Assembly: GCA_963667785.2 (NCBI GenBank)
Contig: CAXXMU010000005.1
Coordinates: 192,001-256,000 of the forward strand
Direction: 5' to 3'
Length of the DNA stretch: 64,000 nt
From: Alphaproteobacteria bacterium
Lineage (GTDB): Bacteria; Pseudomonadota; Alphaproteobacteria; UBA828
Of this stretch, positions 53,578 through 64,000 are shown one piece after another; positions within the stretch are counted from its first letter, which is position 1; every line of letters begins with the position of its first letter. Made by a program: the position numbers and the translations under genes. The notes beneath the pieces are model-generated. The model searched no databases, was not told the origin of the DNA, and saw only the letters and a list, made by a program, of their open reading frames with translations.

Positions 53578-55017
53578 GTGGCGCATCCGTCCGGCCGGCC
53601 GCCGCCCGTGACCGAGAGGCCAGCGGTGCGGGAGATGCGCGACGCCTGGGCGCGGGTTCGTGAGCGGCTCCGGGCCGAGGTCGGCGAGGCCACCTTCGCG
53701 AGCTGGCTCGCGCCGCTGATTCTGGTCGATGTCGACGACGACCAGGTCACTCTCGGCGTCGCGACACGCTTCCTCCGCGACTGGATCACCTCGCGCTATG
53801 CCCACCGCATCGCCGCGCTCTGGGCGCTGGAGCGGGAGGGCATCCGCAGCGCGAGCATCGTGATCCGTGCGCCCCGGCCCGAGGACGGCGAGAGCGCGGC
53901 GGCAACCGCCGACGCCGCGACGGCGGCGCCGCCGGGCGATGGCAGACCCGCGGCACGGGCGCGGGAGCCGGCATCGGCCGAGCTCGGCTCGCCGCTCAAC
54001 GGGCGCTTCACCTTCCGCGACTTCGTGGTGGGCGAGAGCAACGAGTTCGCACACGCCCTGGCGCAGCAGGTCGCGGGCGCCGACCGGCTGCCCTTCAACC
54101 CGCTCTATCTCTACGGTGGCGTCGGCCTCGGCAAGACCCATCTGCTGCACGCGATCGCCTGGTGCATCCGTGGCCGCGAGCCGGCGCGTCGTGTCCTCTA
54201 CCTCTCTGCCGAGAAGTTCATGCTCCACTTCGTCCAGGCGGTCCGGCACAAGGACACGGTGGCGTTCAAGGAGCGGATTCGCTCGGTCGACGTGCTGTTG
54301 ATCGACGACATCCAGTTCATCTGCGACAAGGGGCGCACGCAGGAGGAGTTTCTCCACACCCTCGACGCCCTGATCGACCACCGCTGCCAGGTGGTGGTCT
54401 CCAGCGACCGCTCGCCGGCTCATCTCGAGGGGATGGACGAGCGGCTGAGATCCCGGCTCGCCGGCGGACTCGCCGCCGATGTCCGGCCTACCTCCTACGA
54501 TCTTCGCCTCGGGATCCTGCGGGCCAAGGCGGGGCTTCTCGGGATCGCCGACGCCCCGCTCGAGGTGCTGGAGTTCCTGGCCCGGAAGATCACCTCCAAC
54601 GTGCGCGAGCTGGAGATGGCGCTCAACCGCGTCGCCGCCCACGCCGCGCTCCTCGGCGATGCCATCACACTGCCGACGACCCAGGCGGTGCTGCGCGACG
54701 TGCTCGGCGCCAAGGAGAGGCCGATCACGATCGAGGACATCCAGCGCCGCGTCGCTCAGCACTACGACATCAAGGTGGCCGAGATGTCGTCCAGTCGCCG
54801 GGCGCAGGCGGTGGTGCGGCCCCGCCACGTGGCCATGTACCTCGCCAAGCAGCTCACCACGCGCTCGCTGCCCGAGATCGGCCGCCGCTTCGGCAAGCGC
54901 GACCACACCACGGTCATGTACGCCATCGGCCGTATCGAGAAGCTGCGGTCCGAGGACCCGGGACTCGACAAGGACCTGGAGGATCTCAGGCGGAGCCTCG
55001 AGGACCCCGGCCGCTGA
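53578..55017 (+). CDS. dnaA: Chromosomal replication initiator DnaA (start uncertain; ATG at 53635 possible)
   Basis: Motifs [30 protein letters not shown] and [17 protein letters not shown]. Confidence 0.97.
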   Translation: MAHPSGRPPPVTERPAVREMRDAWARVRERLRAEVGEATFASWLAPLILVDVDDDQVTLGVATRFLRDWITSRYAHRIAALWALEREGIRSASIVIRAPRPEDGESAAATADAATAAPPGDGRPAARAREPASAELGSPLNGRFTFRDFVVGESNEFAHALAQQVAGADRLPFNPLYLYGGVGLGKTHLLHAIAWCIRGREPARRVLYLSAEKFMLHFVQAVRHKDTVAFKERIRSVDVLLIDDIQFICDKGRTQEEFLHTLDALIDHRCQVVVSSDRSPAHLEGMDERLRSRLAGGLAADVRPTSYDLRLGILRAKAGLLGIADAPLEVLEFLARKITSNVRELEMALNRVAAHAALLGDAITLPTTQAVLRDVLGAKERPITIEDIQRRVAQHYDIKVAEMSSSRRAQAVVRPRHVAMYLAKQLTTRSLPEIGRRFGKRDHTTVMYAIGRIEKLRSEDPGLDKDLEDLRRSLEDPGR

Positions 55018-55178
55018 GCGCACGCCCGGCGTCGGTCGGCACGCGCCGACGCATCCCCTTCGCGCGCGCCCGAGCGGCGCCCCTTCTTGCGCCGGGAGCG
55101 GCGATAGTAATGCGAAATCCGCCGCTTCTCCGCTATAATCGGGTGTGATTCGACGACGAATCAGGAATCCACGCGACA

Positions 55179-56303
55179 ATGAAACTCACCATTGAGCGCT
55201 CCACGCTCCTGAGCTCCCTGGCGCATGTGCAAAGCGTCGTCGAGCGCCGCAACACGATCCCCATTCTGGCCAATGTGCGCATCGATGCGCAGGGCAGCGA
55301 CCGCCTGCGGCTGACGGCGACCGACATGGACCTCGCCGTCGTCGACGAGGCCGCGGCCGTGGTCGAGCAGGAAGGCGCCGTGACCACGACCGCGCTCACG
55401 CTCTACGACATCGTCCGCAAGCTGCCGGACGGCGCCCAGGTCGCGATGCGCCTCGACGGCGGCGAGGGCGGGCAGCTCGATCTCGTGTCGGGGCGCTCCC
55501 GCTTTCGCCTCTCGTGCCTGCCGATCGCCGAATTCCCGGTCATGGGCGACGACGAGCTGCCGCATTCCTTCGAGCTGCCGCGGGATCATCTGCGGCGTCT
55601 GATCGACAAGACCCGCTTCGCCATCTCGACGGAGGAGACGCGCTACTATCTCAACGGCATCCACCTGCACAAGGCGGACCAGGAGGGGACCGAACGGCTG
55701 CGGGCCGTCGCCACCGACGGCCACCGGCTCTCCTGTGCCGACGTGGCGCTCCCGGATGGCGCGGCCGATCTGCCGGGCGTGATCGTCCCGCGCAAGACCG
55801 TCATGGAGGTGCGCAAGCTGATAGACGACGGCGATGCGCCGGTTTCCATCGCGCTGTCGGAGACCAGGATCCGCTTCGAGGTCGACGACGCCCAGCTCAC
55901 CTCGAAGCTGATCGACGGCTCCTTCCCGGACTACGAGCGGGTCATCCCGCGCGGCAACAACAACATCCTGACCGTGGCCAGCGACGCTTTCGCCGAGGCC
56001 GTGGACCGGGTTTCCTCGATCTCCACGGACCGCTCGCATGCGATCAAGCTCTCTCTCAGCGAGGGTCAGGTGACGCTCACCGCCAACAGCCCCGACACGG
56101 GCACCGCGACCGAGGAGCTGGATGCCGACTACGGCGCAGGCCCTCTCGAGATCGGCCTCAACGCGCGCTACGTGCTGGATGTCGCTGGGCAGATCGAGAG
56201 TGAGTCCATCCGCTTCTTCTTCGCCGACGCCGGCTCGCCGTCGCTCGTGCGCGATACCGGCGATTCGGACGCGCTCCACGTCATCATGCCGCTCCGCGTC
56301 TAG
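55179..56303 (+). CDS. dnaN: DNA polymerase III beta clamp
   Basis: Motifs VERRNTIPILAN, TEETRYYLNG, ATDGHRL and IMPLRV. Confidence 0.98.
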   Translation: MKLTIERSTLLSSLAHVQSVVERRNTIPILANVRIDAQGSDRLRLTATDMDLAVVDEAAAVVEQEGAVTTTALTLYDIVRKLPDGAQVAMRLDGGEGGQLDLVSGRSRFRLSCLPIAEFPVMGDDELPHSFELPRDHLRRLIDKTRFAISTEETRYYLNGIHLHKADQEGTERLRAVATDGHRLSCADVALPDGAADLPGVIVPRKTVMEVRKLIDDGDAPVSIALSETRIRFEVDDAQLTSKLIDGSFPDYERVIPRGNNNILTVASDAFAEAVDRVSSISTDRSHAIKLSLSEGQVTLTANSPDTGTATEELDADYGAGPLEIGLNARYVLDVAGQIESESIRFFFADAGSPSLVRDTGDSDALHVIMPLRV

Positions 56304-59972
<3,669 letters not shown>

Positions 59973-59973
<1 letters not shown>

Positions 59974-60237
59974 CCCGGATTTCTCACCAATGTCACGGCC
60001 TGCGTCACGTCCAGGCGTTCGGTCCACAAGGAGCGAGCCGAAAAGCGTAGCGGGGACTACGGTTGAGGCTCGCGACGCGGTGGGCGGGCGCCTGGGCGCG
60101 ACCCGAAGGGCGGCGCCCTCCGCCAGACAGGGTGCGTCAAGACGCTTGCCCGATGCACCACATCGCGCTGCGCGCCTTTCCTACCCTGTCGGGCGGGGGA
60201 CGCCGCGCAGACCATGACCTTGGTGAGAATTCCGGGC
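59973..60237. mobile_element. MITE-like palindromic element, family A, copy 2 (265 bp, TA-flanked, inverted relative to copy 1)
   Basis: Imperfect TIRs GCCCGGATTTCTCACCAATGTCACGGCCTGCG / CGCAGACCATGACCTTGGTGAGAATTCCGGGC; TA at 59971-59972 and 60238-60239; aligns with the reverse complement of 39660-39926. Confidence 0.88.
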
Positions 60238-60254
60238 TAGCCCCGCGGCGGTCG

Positions 60255-62132
60255 ATGGCAGCGCGCCGCACGCCCCCGCCGAAGCGGCCCCGCGCGAAGG
60301 CGAAGACCCCCTCCCGCGGCGCGGCGGCGCAATCGGGCGGCGACGGCCGGCGCCCGCCGGCGCGGCGGGGGCGCCTTTCCTGGCGCCTCGCCAAGTGGTC
60401 GCTGGTCCTCGTTCTCTGGCTTGCGGTCCTCGGCGCGGGCTTCGTCGGCTACTACGCGCACGACCTCCCCGATACCGATCACCTGGCCGGGCCCGAGACG
60501 CCGCTCTCGGTCACGGTGCTGGCGGCGGACGGTTCCACCGTCGCCACCGTAGGCGAGATGTGGGGCGAGCTGGTGCCCGTCGCGGAGATGGCGCCGGTGC
60601 TGCCCCGGGCCGTGCTCGCGATCGAGGACCGGCGCTTCTTCGAGCATGGCGGGATCGACGCCTTCGGCGTCATCCGGGCGGCCTGGCAGAACGCGGTGGA
60701 GGGCCGCGTGGTCGCAGGCGGCAGCACGATCTCCCAGCAGGTGGCGAAGCTCGTGTTCCTGACACCCGAGCGCAGCGTCAGGCGCAAGATCCAGGAGGCG
60801 ATGCTCGCCTTCTGGCTGGAGCGCGAGTTCAGCAAGGAGGAGATTCTCACGATCTACCTCAACCGCGCCTATTTCGGCGCTGGGGCCTATGGCGTGGATG
60901 CCGCGGCGCGGCGCTATTTCGGCCGCTCGGCGCGCGATGTCGACACGGCGCAGGCCGCCATGATCGCCGGCCTCCTGAAGGCGCCGTCGCGCTACAGTCC
61001 CGCCAGCGACCTCGCCCTCGCGCGTCGTCGCGCCGCCGTCGTCGTCGATGCGATGGTCGACGCGGGCTTCCTCGCTGATGGCGACGGCGCGACCGCCAGG
61101 GCGGCGGTAAACGCGCTCTCCGTCGCTCCGCGTAGCGGGCCGGCTGCCGGCTACTTCGTCGACTGGGTGCTCGAGCAGGTGCCGGGCTACGTCGGGCGCG
61201 ATCGCGGGGCCCTGCACGTGGTGACGACCCTGGACCCTGCGCGCCAGCGGGCGGCGCAGGCGGCGCTCGGCGAGACGCTGGCCGCCGTCGGCACGGCGCG
61301 CAGGATCGGCCAGGGCGCCCTCGTCGCGCTCGGCCCAGACGGCGCGGTGCGCGCCATGGTCGGCGGGCGCGACCACGGCCGCAGCGTGTTCAACCGGGCG
61401 ACGCAGGCGCGGCGCCAGCCGGGCTCGGCCTTCAAGACGGTGGTCTATCTCGCCGCCATCGAGGCCGGGCTCGAGCCCGACGACACGATCGAGGATGCGC
61501 CGATCACCGTCGCCGGCTGGTCGCCCCGCAACTATGACGACGAATATCGCGGGCCCGTGACGGTCAGGCAGGGGTTCGCGCACTCGATCAACACCGTGGC
61601 GGTGCGCGCGGGCCTGCGGGCGGGCGTGAAGCGGATGCGCGATGCGGCCCGGCGGCTCGGTATCGCGAGCACGCTTCCGGCCGATGCGGGGCTTGCGCTC
61701 GGCACCGGCGAGGTGACGCTGCTGGAGCTCACCGGCGCCTATGCGACGCTCGCCAACGGCGGTGCGCGCGTGCTCCCCCACGGCATCGTCGAGGTGCGAA
61801 ACCGCGCGGGCGACGTGCTTTACCGGCGCGCCGGCTCCGGCGCCGGCCGGGCGGCCGAGGCCCCGGCGGTGGCGGCGATGCACGACCTGCTGGCCGCCGC
61901 CGTGGCCGACGGCACCGGCCGCGCCGCTCGACTCGCCGCGCCGCTCGGGCCCGCCTACGGCAAGACCGGCACCAGCCAGCGCTTCCGCGACGCCTGGTTC
62001 GTCGGCTGGGCGCAGGGGCTCACCGCCGGCGTCTGGCTCGGCAACGACGACGGCAGCGCGATGGATACGGTCACTGGCGGCGGCTATCCAGCTCGGATCT
62101 GGCGCCGCTTCATGGAGGATGCGCTGGGTTGA
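60255..62132 (+). CDS. PBP1A-family bifunctional transglycosylase/transpeptidase
   Basis: Transmembrane anchor, EDRRFFEH.G, GSTISQQVAK, RKIQE, QPGSAFK (SxxK), SIN and KTGTS. Confidence 0.93.
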   Translation: MAARRTPPPKRPRAKAKTPSRGAAAQSGGDGRRPPARRGRLSWRLAKWSLVLVLWLAVLGAGFVGYYAHDLPDTDHLAGPETPLSVTVLAADGSTVATVGEMWGELVPVAEMAPVLPRAVLAIEDRRFFEHGGIDAFGVIRAAWQNAVEGRVVAGGSTISQQVAKLVFLTPERSVRRKIQEAMLAFWLEREFSKEEILTIYLNRAYFGAGAYGVDAAARRYFGRSARDVDTAQAAMIAGLLKAPSRYSPASDLALARRRAAVVVDAMVDAGFLADGDGATARAAVNALSVAPRSGPAAGYFVDWVLEQVPGYVGRDRGALHVVTTLDPARQRAAQAALGETLAAVGTARRIGQGALVALGPDGAVRAMVGGRDHGRSVFNRATQARRQPGSAFKTVVYLAAIEAGLEPDDTIEDAPITVAGWSPRNYDDEYRGPVTVRQGFAHSINTVAVRAGLRAGVKRMRDAARRLGIASTLPADAGLALGTGEVTLLELTGAYATLANGGARVLPHGIVEVRNRAGDVLYRRAGSGAGRAAEAPAVAAMHDLLAAAVADGTGRAARLAAPLGPAYGKTGTSQRFRDAWFVGWAQGLTAGVWLGNDDGSAMDTVTGGGYPARIWRRFMEDALG

Positions 62133-62137
62133 CCCTA

Positions 62138-62339
62138 GAGCGTATCCGTCTTTGACGGATACGCGACAGGCCGCGACCGCGGCCCGCCGCTTATGCGGCG
62201 CCCTCGCGGAGGCGCCGGCCGTCGCGCCGGCAGGCGCGCGGTATCGAATGTCGGCCCGCAGGCGCGCGGAATCGCGGGACGGCCGGCTGCCGTGAGCGAA
62301 AAAGAGGCTGGAGCACTTCCGTGCAAAACGGACACGCTC
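62138..62339. mobile_element. TA-flanked palindromic element, family B (TAGAGCG...CGCTCTA ends)
   Basis: TIRs GAGCGTATCCGT / ACGGACACGCTC (1 mismatch), TA on both sides and internal hairpins; lies between convergent genes. Confidence 0.72.
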
Positions 62340-62374
62340 TAACCGCCGCCTCCCGCCCGGCCGCGGGGGCCAGC

Positions 62375-63676
62375 CTATGCCCGGTCGATCAGGTGGATGA
62401 ACGAGCCCGAGACCGGGCCGGCGCTCATGCCGGCGGGGCCGAGCGGCTCTCCCGTCGCGTCGGAGGCAGCGAACAGCGGCCGGTCGAGGTTCTCCGAGAC
62501 CGCGCGGCAATAGTGGAACTCGTGGCCGCGGTAGGTCGCGCCGGCGCTGCCGAGTGGGCCGTCCGCCGCGAGCCGCGCCCGGCGGTAGCCGAGCGCGAGG
62601 CGCCGCTCGCGAAAGCTGGTCTCGAGCGGCAGCAGGCCCGTCATGGCGTGGCGCCGGCCGTCGGCATCGGTCAGGCCGCGGCCCAGCACCATGTAGCCTC
62701 CGCACTCGCCGAAGACCGCCGCACCCCGCGCGGCCGCGTCTCGCAGACCCTGGAGGAAGTGCCCGGCGCCTGCGATGCGGCCGGCGTGAAGCTCGGGATA
62801 GCCGCCGGGGAGGTAGACGGCGTCCGCCGCGGCGTCGGGCGCCTCGTCGGCGAGCGGCGAGAAGGGCACGACTGTCGCCCCTGCGGCGCGCCAGTCGCCG
62901 ATCAGCGCCTCGTAGCAGAAGCCGAAGGCACGGTCGTACGCCACGGCGATCCGCTGCCCGAGCGGCGGGATCGCCGCTCCCTGCGCCTCCGCCGGCGCCG
63001 ACCGGAGCGGGCGGGCGAGGGCCGCCAGCGCGTTGCAATCGACCGTCTCAGCGACGATCGTCGCCGCAGCGTCGAGCCAGAGCCCCTCGCGCTCGACGGC
63101 CTGCACCAGGCCGAGATGGCGCGACGGCAGGTCGAGCGCGTCGGACCGCGGCACGGCGCCGAGAACCGCGATCGCGTGGGCCGCGAGCGCGTCGCGCAGC
63201 AGCCGCTCGTGCACCTCCCCCGCCACCCGGTTGAGGATCACGCCTGCCACCGTCACGTCCGGGCGGTGATTCGCGAACCCCTCGGCGAGCGCGGCGACGG
63301 AGGCGCCCTGACCGCGCGCATCCACCACCAGCACCACCGGCAGCCCGAGCCGGGCGGCCAGATCGGCGGTGGACCCGGTGCCGTCGCGGGCGCCGTCGAA
63401 GAGGCCCATCGCGCCCTCGCCGATGACGAGCGCGCCGTCCGCATCGAGCGAGGCGGCCCTGCGCGCGAGCGTCGCGGGCCGCATGCCCCAGGGGTCGAGG
63501 TTGATGCAGTCGTGGCCGCTGGCCTGCCGGTGATAGCCGGGGTCGATATAGTCGGGCCCCGCCTTGAAGGCGCGCACGCGGCGGCCGCTCCTGCGGTAGT
63601 GGGCGAGCAGGCCGGCGCACAGCACGGTCTTGCCGCTGCCCGACGCCGGCGCGGCGAGGATCAGTCCGCCGGCCAC
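62375..63676 (-). CDS. cobB: Cobyrinate/hydrogenobyrinate a,c-diamide synthase
   Basis: Motifs SGSGKT, FKAGPDYIDP, EGAMGLFDG, LPSRHLGL, GGYPELH, ECGGYM and GHEFHY. Confidence 0.95.
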   Translation of the reverse strand: MAGGLILAAPASGSGKTVLCAGLLAHYRRSGRRVRAFKAGPDYIDPGYHRQASGHDCINLDPWGMRPATLARRAASLDADGALVIGEGAMGLFDGARDGTGSTADLAARLGLPVVLVVDARGQGASVAALAEGFANHRPDVTVAGVILNRVAGEVHERLLRDALAAHAIAVLGAVPRSDALDLPSRHLGLVQAVEREGLWLDAAATIVAETVDCNALAALARPLRSAPAEAQGAAIPPLGQRIAVAYDRAFGFCYEALIGDWRAAGATVVPFSPLADEAPDAAADAVYLPGGYPELHAGRIAGAGHFLQGLRDAAARGAAVFGECGGYMVLGRGLTDADGRRHAMTGLLPLETSFRERRLALGYRRARLAADGPLGSAGATYRGHEFHYCRAVSENLDRPLFAASDATGEPLGPAGMSAGPVSGSFIHLIDRA

Positions 63677-63682
63677 CGCGGC

Positions 63683-64000
63683 TCAGCCCCGAAGCTTCCG
63701 CTCGATCTCGAGAGCGATCTGCGTCGGCCCCAGTTGCGGCTCGTACTGCCGGATGAACGTGCCGTCCGGCCCCATCAGGTAGAAGAGCGACGCGTGGTCC
63801 ACGAGATAGTCCCTGTCCGTCGGCCCGTCCGCGTGGGAGCGGCGGTAGATGCCGAAGGCGGTGAGCGCCTGGCCCACCGCCTCCTCCGAGCCGGTGAGGC
63901 CGACCAGGCCAGGCGCGAGATTGGTGACGTAGTCGGCGAGCTTCTCCACCGTGTCGCGCGTCGGGTCGACGGTGATGAAGAGCGGCTGCACCGTGCTGCC
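63683..64000 (-). CDS. SCO family copper chaperone, C-terminal part (5' end outside window)
   Basis: Motifs FITVDP.RDT, GLTG and Y.VDH.S.FYLMGPDG. Confidence 0.88.
   Translation of the reverse strand, partial: GSTVQPLFITVDPTRDTVEKLADYVTNLAPGLVGLTGSEEAVGQALTAFGIYRRSHADGPTDRDYLVDHASLFYLMGPDGTFIRQYEPQLGPTQIALEIERKLRG

Overview
GC-rich alphaproteobacterial (Rhodospirillales-like) chromosomal segment from the origin-proximal region. It is mostly housekeeping: rho (partial); mnmE-mnmG-rsmG-parA-parB with a perfect parS inside rsmG; trpE(G); accBC-aroQ; a thiS-thiG fusion; rne; hrcA-grpE-dnaK-dnaJ-dapB; chorismate mutase-hisC-tyrC; metXW; PHA genes; ubiBE; mutM; rpsT; dnaA-dnaN-recF-gyrB; a PBP1A-family gene; and cobB. 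No rRNA, tRNA, CRISPR array or transposase was recognised. The most unusual signals are: (1) two diverged copies (39660-39926 and 59973-60237) of a ~266-bp TA-flanked palindromic element whose differences are largely base-pair-compensatory, and which are both in frame with the downstream gene; (2) a third, unrelated TA-flanked palindromic element at 62138-62339; (3) a small PhaE-like gene overlapping a PhaC-like synthase by 188 nt in another frame; (4) an uncharacterised Cys/His-rich protein translationally coupled to a gamma-glutamyl-amine ligase, next to Rid and quinone oxidoreductase genes; (5) an orphan N4-cytosine DNA methyltransferase; and (6) a low-GC cassette-like insert between rho and parB. 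All calls come from reading motifs by eye; no database searches were run.
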